A stretch of 64,000 nucleotides of DNA, from NCBI RefSeq assembly GCF_000150275.1, contig NW_002060963.1, forward strand, positions 381,502 to 445,501, given 5' to 3'. How positions within the stretch are numbered: the first letter of the stretch is position 1; the number at the start of each line of letters is the position of its first letter. Below are positions 35,918 to 49,141 of the stretch, piece by piece. Under the pieces are notes generated by a model. That model was not told where the DNA came from. It saw nothing but the letters and a program-made list of their open reading frames with translations, and did not search any database. Made by a program: the position numbers and the translations under genes. This stretch comes from Trichoplax adhaerens (Eukaryota; Animalia; Placozoa).

Positions 35918-38900
35918 ATGGCTGATAAATCACCTTCCCAATCTATTGTAAATTCTCCCAACGACGATCGCCCTATTGGCGTAGATAATACTACCAATAA
36001 TAATGATCATATCGATCACCATAGCCAATTGACTAACGGCGAAAATTCTCCTCAAGATAACATGGCTGAGGGTGTGGATAAGGAAGTTCAATCGGTTCAG
36101 TCGGCAATGCAGCTATTAGATGAGATTAGTCAAGATCATTCCGATGTAGAAGAAAGCAACACATTGCAAGATCAACCTCAGACTAACCAATCGCATCAAG
36201 ATTTACAAAATGGATCACAAGATCATGATGGAACGTTGAAAAAAGAAGAAAACCAGCCTATTTATGATGATGATCAAATCAATTTGGATCAAGCCAGTCA
36301 ATTGAGGGCGGAAGAGAGAGAAGAATTATTCCAAAAAGGCACAAGGTAACCGTATCTTTCTCATCATGGCATAGACGCGTAGTTTATAGTTCTAGAAACA
36401 ACGGGGTATCTGGAGTAAAACCAACATTGGTAAAAGTGGAAGCATTAAAATTGATGGCTAATTGATTTACTCTATGCCGCGCCAGTCTTCTTCAGCAGTT
36501 AAGAGTCAAAATCGATGACTCTAACACATTTAGTCGATTCGCACTGTAACAATAAAGTAGCTTGGATATCGATAACGATAGCGATAAATGACATTTCATG
36601 CTTTTGGGGGCGTAGTAAAGATTGTCGAGTAGAACTTGACTGCAGTAAAACAATGCTGGCAACGCTTAATTATTGTTGATGTTGAGTTAACTGCCTGAAT
36701 AGTAGATTCAAGTTACTGGATATGATCGTGAATTACTGTAGAATCATTCCTTTTCAAGATGCCCTTTTCACCGGCCTCTTTTACCATACTGAATTAAGCC
36801 TCGTATAGCCCACAGTAAAACAATATACCGTCGTTCTGCTGTAGTTTGATCGCGCCTGTCTGTGATCTTGCATTTTTTGAACTCTTTTAAAATGTTCATT
36901 TGTACCGAAATGCTAGACATCGCTTTGCTGAATAATTAATCAATGCTATACTCAGTCAAGCAATTGCCCAAGTTATTGTAATTCATCCTCGGCATCTGCC
37001 CAATTTTAACTACAGACTAATCATCACCCATACGAGTATCGAGCAATTTGGTCTAATATACAAACTATATCACGTACTCGCATAATGATATCGGAACAAA
37101 ATTTGACCTTAATGCTACATGAACTCCATATTAGAAACAGAGATATTTCCCTTTAGTAGCCCTGATAAACCACACGATACATTTTAAATTGTGCATGGAT
37201 AGAGAAACCAAGTTGCTTTAAATGTAATTATTTACCAATATGGCTTTGATTAAGTAAATGGCGAAGAGGTGGATATTCAAACGAACTTTGATCATTTTTA
37301 CTTTATGTCGATACTGCTTAAGCTTTAATAAATAATGAGCTCATAGTGCGGTTAGTTGACCAACTATTTTATTATTCACACAAAACGAATAGTCCACGGC
37401 ACAACAATAACACGAGTCCTTTTCTTTTTTTATCCCCGGTTAGTAGTTGACAACAAGAAGAATGCCTGATTGCATTTTCGACAATTTGACTACCCTTAAA
37501 ATTTTTCGTTTACAGTATATTATGTTTAATTAAAAAGTGCATCGACGATATACAACCGATGATTGAGTTGAATCGTTACTTACTGTATACGAAATCTCGA
37601 CTGAAGTCTTTCCAATTACTGCCTACTCCGCATTTAATGTAGTTATCACTTATGATATCAGTTATAATCGTGAGTTTCTGTTATTGATGCTAAGTCTAGT
37701 ACTGTATTTATACAGTAAGTCTATCAGATGCTATCGACGGTTATAGTTATCTTCCTAAATTACGTTATAAAAACAAAAAGATATGAAATTTTGGACAATG
37801 CAGTATCAACAGAGTCTTACAATTTTACCCAGTAATCACCATAAGCATATTGTTCATTTTTTCAACAATACTGAAAGACTTGCAGGAAAACATACGTCGT
37901 AAATCAATTTGTTTTGAAAGAATTCTTCATAATAAACCAAATTTGATCTACGGTGAAATATTTAATCTTATAATGGGATCAAGTCATAGTATAACCCCGC
38001 TGCAGGTACTCTAGTTTGATCAATTCCTCTCGAAAAACAATAGTCTTTTTCGAATGCTACCAAAGTTCGTAGCTAAATATGTCATATACGAGAATATTAT
38101 ACATATAGATCCCTCGCCCGTTCGACTTCACACTATACTATACTGGTACTTTTTACTTTACTGTACAATTTATCACCGATTCACCATTTCCCTAACTGAG
38201 CAAATTGTATGCACATAACGCTAACTCTCTTTTTATAGGGAATTTGAGCTTGTCGTACTAGTTGTTATATTATTTACCTTCCTTATAAAACCTAGTACAA
38301 CTAAATTCACTTGAGATATTATCTTTCGCCTTTATTAAAAATCAATTCTAAACGTTTACATTAGAGAGACCCCTAAACACTGCTATCGTTATAGATTTAA
38401 TGAATCTGTAGTTGAATAGCAGTCAATGTTATATTGCCGGTAATAAATAATTCAATTTTTAATGCAGTATCGTTAGTATGGGATAGCTATTACTTACTGA
38501 ATCCTAATTATTTTGAAAGTAAATAAACACTATAAATTAGTATTTCTTATATTAAATGTACACGGAATGAATTAAATCAGCAGTTAATCATTTTTTTTCT
38601 ATCTTCTTAATTATAATTTTGTGCGAGAAACGGGAAAGGCTTGATTATGGTGCTATTAACTGTGCATTGCCCTAATAAAATCGTGCTTTCAACCTGCCGC
38701 CAACGATACACAAACAATTTTCTACTGTACTAATATATCAACGGAATACGTTATGTAAAGTGTAACGGAAACGTCCTAATAGTACTAGATATTGATAACG
38801 AATTAAATTTCCCTAGTAGTTCTCTTATTACGTTTCCAACAATATTGCAAATTTAATTTTTCTCTTTATCTTTCATTACAGGTTCAAGGTAATTTTAAAT

Positions 38901-41421
38901 TAATTTCAAAGAATTTGTAGATTTGTTGGCAATAGCCCTCCCGTACTTCAATATATGGGCATATGCGTATATATATACTCATATAAAGAGAAACGATAAG
39001 TACCTTTTGTGCACAAATTTATTTCTTAAAACAGCAGTTTTATTCTCACTATTTTGTGCTGACAAGTTGATATCGTATTACGGTAACTGCTTCACTTTTC
39101 TTAGTTAGGAAGCATAACTGTGTTTACAATATATCGTACATCAATATACGATTTAAGATTTAAGATTAGTGCTAAAGCATTAGCATTTAGTACCCCTATA
39201 GCGTATATGACCAAGTCAGCTTTACTGTATATACCACTTAAAACGGAGGCGATGGTTTAATGGATATTAATTTTAAAATAGGATTATACACTCTTAGTAA
39301 TACTAGATATATTGAAGTCGATCGCCAAATTTAAAAGATCTAATTATTTCATTACACGATATCTTCACGTATACCCATTTATTGAACTATTACAGGATAA
39401 AGGAAACAGCGATCTTGCTCTTAGATGTTTCATGGCATGTTTGAAAGGCATCAATAACAATAATGCGTTTTCTTTACTTCCGCAATGCTTACATAGCGTA
39501 AGTAATCATGAACTTTTGGCTTACACATTTCAAAGTCACTCATTTTCAGCAGTTTCCTAGTATCGTTAATTGCAATATTTCTATAAAGCAATTTTCATCC
39601 TCTAGTAACCTAGCTTTTTGTAATGAAAAGCAATATAGCAGATATTGTTCTAGACGGTAACAATTCACAGTCTCTAATTCTTTTTATTTTTTTGCAACGC
39701 TTACTAGATTGCTACTATTTACTTTGAGCGAGAAAATTGTACGTAGCCAACAATATCCAGCATTCCTATCGTGATATTTATTAATAACAAAGTGACCCGT
39801 TGATTTTGTAACAGATGTATTACATGTAGCTTTTTTACGATTTATTTTAGTTGATAAAGCTGTGCAATTTATACAAGCAGAAAAGTTGTATTACGAAACT
39901 GCTCTAATCATGGATGTCAGTAATCAGGAAGTTACAGTCAAAAATGATGAAGGTATTTCTATCATTATTTTTTATAGCATATATAACGTATAGGTACTTG
40001 TAGAGGTGCATTTTCTATTCACTGGTGACTGCGTTGACTTACTGTCGAAGAATTTGTTATACTAACCATGGTTGTTCGATTGCATAGATCTTATATACTT
40101 AGACATATTGTACCATTTTGATTGCTAAATTATACTTTTTCCTTAAATGTATTTTATAACTTTAATATTATCATCATCTTGTTTCTGACAGGAGCCAACA
40201 CACTAAAAGAACTTTTAGAATTGCAGGTGTGTTTCATACTCGTACGACCGTAAAGTAGTCTTTATCGATATTCTATATAGTTGCTTTATAAATATCTACC
40301 CCTCATCTTAGGAGAATGAAGATGATGAACATAAAACCAATCCTTTAGCTGCAAGGGCTGTAGAATTTACTACGTTAGCGTCCATGTGTTTGCAAAATAA
40401 CAAGTAAGACGTTTAAAATCACTCAATTGTTGTTTTTGCACACTGTTTCGTTACGATTGTATGCTTTTAATATGAAATTGTGAATGATGGTTGTAAAATT
40501 TAAATTGAAAAATATTCACTGAATCATAATTTTTACTCTGTTCTGTGCCTTAACATTTGCTCACTTTTTATTGCATTTATCCAGTCCCCATCTAGCCCTT
40601 GAATATTGCGGCAAGGTGAGCATTAAACGTATCTTTCATGAAATATATACAGCTTAGGATGAATAATTTAATTAATATCTTGGGTATTTCATTTAATTTA
40701 ATATTAATTCTAATCTGCAGGCAACTAAGATTCGACAATCAATTTACGGAGAATCTCATGACATAACTAAGAAAACGCTGGAATATTTTACATGCATCTA
40801 TGCAAGCGTAGGGAAAAAGCAATATTCTGGTAAGTTGGTTTCCTGTACACTCATATAACTTACTATGCGGTAACATCAAGCAATATCGGTATGCCCATTT
40901 TGATATCCTTAATTAACTGATCTCGTTTTGTAGATGCCCTGTCCAAATATAAAGAAGCCAAAGATAAAAAAGAACCCGAAGATGATGAAGCTACTGCAGG
41001 TGGCAATCGATTAAGGAAACGAAGTGCTAAGCATCAGAAACAAGAAACTGACGATACACTTGAGAATGAATTAAAAGATGATGAATACGAAGGTAGCCAT
41101 CTTTAATATACAGAGATGAACGAATACAATAGATAAATGCTCTTTTACTCTACATGTAATAATACTAATAGTGACTATACTTGTAGTTATCTATTTCATG
41201 ACGTCTGACATTATTCAATGTTATTAGATGACCGAGGACCTTCGTGTTTCTTGATTATGGCTGTTATACTGATCATATTGGTGCTGGCAATCCTCGTTGT
41301 GGCCGTATGGTGTAACGTAACTCAATCACTAACCTGTCCATCGCATAATCATATCTGGACCAGAGTAAAGTACTTATACTATAACTACAAGCAACAATGG
41401 ACCAATCAACAGTATATTTAA
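35918..41421 (+). CDS. Consortin-like protein (disordered N-terminus, TPR-like helices, C-terminal TM anchor), multi-exon
   Basis: Spliced product includes LLPQCLHS|IATIYFEREN|FDKAVQFIQAEKLYYE (consortin N-domain pattern), PHLALEYCGK|ATKIRQSIYGESH (TPR-like) and the C-terminal SCFLIMAVILIILVLAILVVAVWC..C (consortin C-type TM). Exons: 35918-36345, 38882-38888, 39396-39497, ~39709-39739, ~39852-39951, ~40192-40226, ~40312-40403, ~40585-40615, 40721-40829, ~40934-41091, 41228-41421. Confidence 0.75.
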
Positions 41422-42973
41422 GATTGCAAACATTTGCAAAAAAAAAAAGGATCCAGCAAACGAAGATAGCCTGTACTTTATAACTTGCATGTATAATATT
41501 GTATTACATTAATTTTAATCGCTGTAGGAAAACCTTTTCGTTAACTCGCAGACAAATGATAAGAAAGGACATGTCTCATGTCATTAAGATATTTATGGAA
41601 TTTTTGTGGTTTCATGCTAACTAACTTAAAATGAATACGCAGTAATTGTTCTATTTGATCTCGCTGCAACTGATTTCAGATTTGGTGCAGTCTCCATTGT
41701 TGGCTTTTAAAGATTTTATCTGATAACTTCATCGATATCAGCAGAAATTGTTCTTGTACAGTAGTTCGGGTAAATGGACGATACAGCTCTTGCAAGTAGA
41801 GGAAATGGTTGTTCTCGAAGCTAGAAAAATGTTTCACAACAACTACTGCTGCAGTAATATCAATTCATTAGTATCTGTGTTTGTACAATATTATTTTTAC
41901 AGTTAGATTAATTCTAATAAATTGTGTTTACTATGTGCTATAATTTATACTAGATTGGTATGTTGCAGAGGAATGGTTACTGACATTAAATAGATGGTTT
42001 ACGCTTTGCTTTTCCCATCTTTCTGTTAAATTTAATTAGTAATTGTAATAAAAGTGTCTCACAATAGCTATCTTAGTCAAATGGTATTTTCTGAAAGGCA
42101 TTTATTACAAGGTTTTGGAAATGGTAGAGCAATAATTAATTACTGTAAGAATCTAGTCCAAAATCTAAAGTATCCGGAGTTTAAAGCGAAGTGAATTCTC
42201 TTCTCCTTAGAGCTCATCTCTGCAGTTCTTCTATACATTTCTTTAAATCCATTTATGACAACTTGATTAATCTACAATCAAACATAAGTCATTCAATAAA
42301 ATACTTTTCTCAAGTAGTACATCATTATCTTCTACAATCTAAATCATTCTACCGAAGATATCACTACTCTTCTATTAACGTCTAACCCCTTCCTCCGAAG
42401 GGCATCTTAACGACTATAGTGTTTCTAACCACATAAATCTTGTACCATAATTAGTCAACTGGCTACTATTAGTCATCAACAATTTCTAATATAGTAGTTA
42501 GCAATCATTTAATATTAGCTTCATGATAATATCTATTCAGAATAACCTAACTATATCCAATATAGCCGTGCTTATAATCAAATATGGTGCATCACAACAG
42601 TGATAGCGTAGCTTGATCACCGCAGGCATTGTCTGTTTGTGTGATCTATCACCGAATGGAAATAGCAGTGCCTGAACTTGTCTACTTTACTGTGATCTGA
42701 AATGGAGAGGATTACGGATTCCTGAAGGATTGGATTTTAATGATTTGCGACCCTTAGTCATCTCCTTTTTTCTTAGGCCCCTGTAGATTGCCATATGTAC
42801 TCTTTTTAGTCTATGACGTATGGCATCCCAGATAGTTTCCAGTCAAACCGCACAATACTGTCCGAGAAATCTTCCTTCGCGTTTATCAGTGCAGTGAAAT
42901 TCCTACTTGACATCTATTTCTGTCTGTACTGTTTTAAAAATGGATATTTAGTGGCTAAATTATTCCATTAAGT

Positions 42974-43176
42974 TTCCCCCCCCCCCCCGCCAAAAAATCT
43001 GAATCCTTCAGCAGGGAGTAGAAGAAACAATTTCATTGCTCCGTTTCGCGATACCCATAATATTATTATTTCGTTCCCCCCCCCCCCCGCCAAAAAATCT
43101 GAATCCTTCAGCAGCGAACAGAAGAAACAATTTCATTGCTCCGTTTCGCGATACCCATGATATCATTATTTCGTTC
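42974..43176. repeat. Two-copy tandem duplication, period ~100 bp, each unit headed by a C13-14 run
   Basis: c(n)gccaaaaaatctgaatccttcagcag..agaagaaacaatttcattgctccgtttcgcgatacccat..attatttcgttc occurs twice with few mismatches. Confidence 0.92.
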
Positions 43177-45645
43177 GCTACTGCATGGTGGACTCTTCAT
43201 TCATCAATGCGATCAAGTACAGTAGTACTGCTGTGAAATTAAAAATTTTCATCCAAATTCGTGGCAGCATTCTCGCATGTTAACATACCGTCCTGTGACC
43301 ATGATGATGATCACAGTTCACAGGACTGTCTATGGTAAACGCTAAGAAAATACGATGGACTGTTTGTTTTATACTGTATAACTGTATTGTATCCAGTTAT
43401 CATCTGGTTGTTAAAAATAGTTATCATGCAAACCAGTCTTGAATGAACGTTGTTAATGGACATTGTAGTTTGTTGCTTCATGGAAAATTGCTTAACGCAT
43501 TTAAAATATTCCAACCAACCCTGGCAACGAAGTTATGCCCCAATTTTCTTGCTTAGCCATCTTCAATGTTGACGACAGCATGGTCTACCATGAAGTCAGT
43601 CATGCTGCTCCACGACCTTGGCTGTGAATGAATGGCAGTCTGAGATTGTGCCGTGGCTCGTGTTCGACGTGTTGGAGGTGTGCTTCACCTGTCCGCTCCA
43701 TAGACTTTGTATAAAAGAAGGAAACATTCGATCGCCTAGTGTCACCCCATCTCGTCGTGTCATAGCGCCACATTCATTCAATCACGTTGCCATAGCCATA
43801 CACAACCGCCTCGAACGCTGACTGGACTGCGACCTTCATCAAGCACGTGATAGATACTTGGTGGCCTATTGTTTCAAAAATACTACGATGCACGTGATTG
43901 GTTCATTTCCGTATCAGGAGAGCGCTTAATTTGCATTTTACTATTGTTAAATTTGCGGAATATTTGCACTCCGCCTTTTTATTGAAGGCCTAGTCTACCT
44001 CTTGAACGATAGCAAATGCAGCATGGAATTGTATAGACTAGGGGAAAAAATAATAGACGCCTATCGATTGCTGTAAAAGTGCTGGTTAACACGGTCAAAA
44101 TAACGACTTTTGATAGGGCTCTTGCATCCATTCTGGCCGATACTACCCCCCCCCCTTCGGTCAATGTAGGCAAGTAACTGAGTAGCAAGATTAACCGGTG
44201 CTTCGCCAACACGACAGTTACTCGAGCCTATCCAGCCGATTACTCAACCAACTCTTGGTGATCCAAATTAGGCCTAGCGATCATCGATCCATTGATTTAC
44301 TCTTGATTGAAGAAGGACAAGATATTGCTCCAATCGTAGGCTTTAAAAGGTATAACAACCATTCGGATCTCGATACTTGCTATATCGTAAATTGGGCGAT
44401 AGCATCAGATCCAACGTGACAACGTATTTTACTACAGCTTCAATAAATTAATGAATTATCTATCGACACTTATTTGATTGCTTTGATGGAGTGCTATTTT
44501 ATCAACGTTCAGTTCTTTTAAAGACATACGTGATTGAAACCTTGCAATGGACTAGCTGATCATGCTATTCTTATCATACAGCTATATTGCCTTTACAAAG
44601 TGCCCTACGCTGGATTGAAATCTTTTTGAACCGTTCGTGATACGTATTCATCGCGCGATGATGATAACTTGATGCATTCCCGCTATCATTATTGTAGTAA
44701 TAAGACTGCATCAATCTACTAAGTTGCCTTCTACATCCATGATTGCGGCATGATGATTGCAATATAATTAGAGTTACTTGACGATATCATCTTACTGTAT
44801 GGTAGTCTTGACTTAGGACGGCAAAGTGCTTATGCACTGTACTCGTAAAGTTCGAAATCGAGCGAATAGATTGATTGATTTTATACGGTAGACTACATCA
44901 AAAAATAAATAGTCCTCCATGCTTCTACAACAAGCAACACTATCGTTACTACTACCAAGGTACAAAGCACGGCAAACTCTTGACATCACTTCGTGCCACA
45001 CTTTTCAATATTGCCAACGATCATGCTCGTTAATATCGGAAAGGCGTTTTAATTTGTACCTAATTATCCAAACTAGACAATACACATGGACATGGACAAT
45101 CTTTCAATACACGCGTATAGGTATATCATCTCTTAGGGACTGACTACTATCCTATTCGAATGTCATTAATCGCAACGTGTAAAAGTAGTTGGAAGCCTTC
45201 CTATTTTGAGCCCTTTCATTTTAGCTTAATAGCAGATATTTCCATATGATAAATGGTACGATGTCCCGATTAAATATTAGAGTAACGTTAAGTTAATTTA
45301 CTCTTAATAGATAGTAAATAATTCATGAGGGTCAAAAAATTGTAGTCAATAGTGTTGTCTTACTTGAAATCGTAGAGCAGTGCTGTCGTCTCAGTCACAA
45401 TGTGCAAGTTTAAAATGGTGACTAATAGAGATATCAGCATTACTCTAGATTAGATCAATGATACGATGCGCATACAGCATTTATAATATTGAAAATCACT
45501 CACATAGATAGAAAATATCCAAGTATTGATCGTGTTATTGTACTGTACTGTATTAAATAGCGACGTACGAGTAGATTGCGATGGAATCATTTGCTAATCG
45601 TTCTGATCAAATTCATTCCAGTAGTACAAAACTATCCAGGCAATT

Positions 45646-48452
45646 ATGACGGCTAAATCAGGACACGATTATCGATATTGGTACCTGAATGGTATCCCTT
45701 ACGATTTTAAAGATTTTCTTAAAAATCATCCCGGTGGAATAAAAGCTATTATGCTAGGACGAGGAAGAGATTGTACGGCAATGTTTGAATCTTATCATAC
45801 GTTCAGACCTGCTGATGCTCTATTAGAAAAATATAAAGTCAAAAACGGAAAGGTAGTTGAAGGATCATTTTTCACCTTTGAGCCCGACGGCTTCTATATG
45901 ACAGTGAAAGAAAGAGCTAGGTAAGTACATTGAATCTTCCTATCTAAAAACGGAAATTTTAAACGATAGATCGTAACTTATTTTAAATTAGAAAATTATC
46001 GATTATTTGATAGCTCAATCTCCTTCGATTTCCAACCGGTAAAGTATTTCATTTCGCAAATAAATACAAATAGTGTTAGCAATCCTTTCCTGCTCACTAC
46101 ATGCTGTTAAAGTACAGTACATAATGTTCGGAATAAAGCAGGTATTGATGTAATCTTCAATCAGTAACAATGTTAATATCTAGTAATCACAGCTACATCC
46201 GGTTATTTCAAAATACTTGCCAATGGCAATGGTATATCAAGGAATCATTATTTTTTAATACCGTATATAAATGGATGTCATACCTTATCTTCGATTTCGA
46301 AATTATTTTAAATGTAGCAATATCAACTGTAAAATAGAGGTACAGTAAGTAATTCCCGTTACACTATTTCTACCCGTATAGAAATAATAGTCATATAGCA
46401 ACAATCGGTAATTGTAACATTTACTTCCGGCTAAGATTTTAGGTTTATTCATATTTTTGGTAAAATCATTTTTGTTTATGCCATGGCGAAATAAACAGTC
46501 AAGGATAAATCGTCACGTTATCTGTGTAAATGTTATATATGCTGTATAGCTGAATGACCACTCTTATCCGTATATTGATATTATTTTTATTTTACACCAA
46601 ATTGAATGTAACCGCGATGATTCCACACTCAAAATTTTAATTCAAAATTTTTATGACCCCAGGCAATACTTTAAGAAGAACAAAATCAATCATACCAAGG
46701 CTGACTATTTAGTCGGTGCTTTTACCCTATTAGAAGTAATAGCAACATACGCCTTTATGTTGTTAACGTTTATGACAGGTAAGAGGATACAACAATTCTA
46801 ATAGTGTATGTGGAGAGAAAATATATCCTTTATGACATGGATATATTAAATTATAAACTTTACAGGAAATTGGATATATGCTGCATTATGGGGATTTGGT
46901 AGAGCTATGTGTATCATTGGTCCAACACATGCTGGCTCTCACTATGCATTTTCGAGAAGCCCTTTTATCAACAAAGCCATTTACATTGTATCGATGGCCA
47001 TCTCAGGTATTCTATATTTTGCAAAATAGGACCTTGCGTATACGAGCAGTAATCCAATCTGCTATTCTATATATTTCGCGAACATGACTATTCATGTTTA
47101 CCCAATTAACCATCCATAGGTAGTACACCGGCTCAATGGACATCGAAGCATGTTATCGCTCATCACGTTGACACCAATATAGTTCCTGTCGACGATGATA
47201 CTGTAAGCCAATATTACAAAATTGATCAATTTTATATAATACTACAATATTTCTATATAATACAGTACTATACTATAATATATTATTCATCATGAATGAA
47301 TTACTAGATAACTATCTTCTTAATGAAGTAAATAAACATGCATCTTGGTTTTGACCGCTACTGATGTATAAGTATCTAAAGGAAATATACACTATCATAT
47401 TTGTTTACAAATAATATAGATGTATCCATTAAAACGTGTACTACCAGCCCATAAAAGGCTCGCATTCCACCATCTACAGCATATCTATATATGGTTTTTA
47501 TATCCGTTTACCTTATCTTTCTGGAGCATCTCCAATGCAATAAAATTATTTGCTGATCCACCTATAGAAGGGGTTACACAAGTTATTTACTTAAATAAGC
47601 TGGATATATTGGAAACATGGATAGTTCGTAAGTAATAGTAGCATTAATTATCCTGTTGTTTGGTGAAATGAGTGCCTGGTACTGTGATAGTACATTTAAT
47701 TAGACATTTTATCCCATTAAATCATTTTAACTAGAATCTATCTAATGAATGAAATCTTTCCATCTCATTTTATAGTGGCTTTTCACTTGGCGCAACGTTT
47801 TGTATTATTTTTCGTATTTTTTCCATTTTCGGAAGCTATAAAGTTGTATTTAGTATCTGAGGTAAGGTTTACAATAATGAAGCTATAACAGCTACCGTCT
47901 TCGTAGTGAACAATAACTTAAAACATCAACTTTGTTTTATTTCTAGATGATAGCTAGCACGTGGTTCTCATTACAGTTCGCTGTCAATCATGAGGTAGAT
48001 GGCGTTGTTGACCACACTCCGAACAAGAAGGTAGACTGGGGTAAACATCAAGTCATAACATCACACAACTACGGGTCAGATAGGTAATTTTAACTTTACA
48101 GTTTCATAATCGTTGTACAAATTTTACTGATTAATTACCGGAGTCTATATTGATCGAAATCTTTAAGTATATAGTAGAAGGGTGTCTACATTATCCTTAA
48201 TCATTTCCTTTATTATCTTTAATTTGCTACAGTTATTTGGCACTGTACTTATCTGGTGGATTAAACACTCAAATCGAACACCATCTATTCCCTAGTGTTC
48301 ATTATCATCATTATAAAGAACTATCAAAAATTGTTAGACGGACATGCAAGGAATTTAACATTAAATATATTGCATCATCTAATTTTTATGAGGCCTTGAA
48401 AGCTCACTATCGCCATTTAAGAAGAATGGGACAACCGATTGAAGCGGCTTAG
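45646..48452 (+). CDS. Cytochrome b5-fused front-end fatty acid desaturase (delta-5/delta-4-like), 8 exons; possible extra 5' exon MCKFKM at 45400-45417
   Basis: Has the HPGG heme motif and GRDCTAMFESYH, His boxes HAGSH, HVIAHH and QIEHHLFP, plus QFAVNHE and DWGKHQVITSHNY. Exons 45646-45920, 46663-46778, 46866-47006, 47120-47201, 47420-47627, 47776-47861, 47947-48082 and 48233-48452 splice in frame. Confidence 0.92.
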
Positions 48453-49141
48453 CTTACATTAAAATTTCAATCTTTAGATTAAGCAAAATACCTTTAAAAA
48501 TATCATCCATGCTACAAGGATTGTTCATACCAATAATTACATTAGGCTACTTATGTTTTTGTATTACACGAATCTCATACTATGATAGCGCGTCAATTAA
48601 TTTTATATTAAGCTGTTAACTGAAAATTGGTTCAGGTGTTAACTTCTTACGAGAGTAATTTGAAACAAATTGAAAGTTTTCAAACGTAAAAACTTTTGAC
48701 CATTTTAAATTTTTTCGGCCACAACTCAGCCGATAATACTGTAATAAATTGCTCATAGTTGATAAATAATAAAACGTTTGAGACAATATCAAACGGCATC
48801 GAAATCTGTAAATCAGTGATCAGTTGCATAAACCCAAACTAGTGTAGAATACTTAAGGTATTAAATTAAACTTGTATTTTCATCCTTGATAAAATAACTA
48901 AAAATTAAAAGTGCCAGATAGTTGTACAGAAAAGTATTATAAGCGCAAAATATCAACTTTTAATTGGCTTTACACATTAAGAATGAGTGAATAAGCATTC
49001 TATGTACGATTATTATCAGTTAAGAAAAGTATTGCTCGGTAACGCGAGAAGCACTATACGAGCGTGATATCTACTTGAGCTACTCTTAAGTGCTGATGCA
49101 AAATGATTACTAGACATTCAAAAAATTTGAGACGTGAAAAT

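Noticed and set aside
42974-43176. Repeat considered as a CRISPR-like array
   Set aside because: Only two contiguous units, no unique spacers, eukaryotic context.
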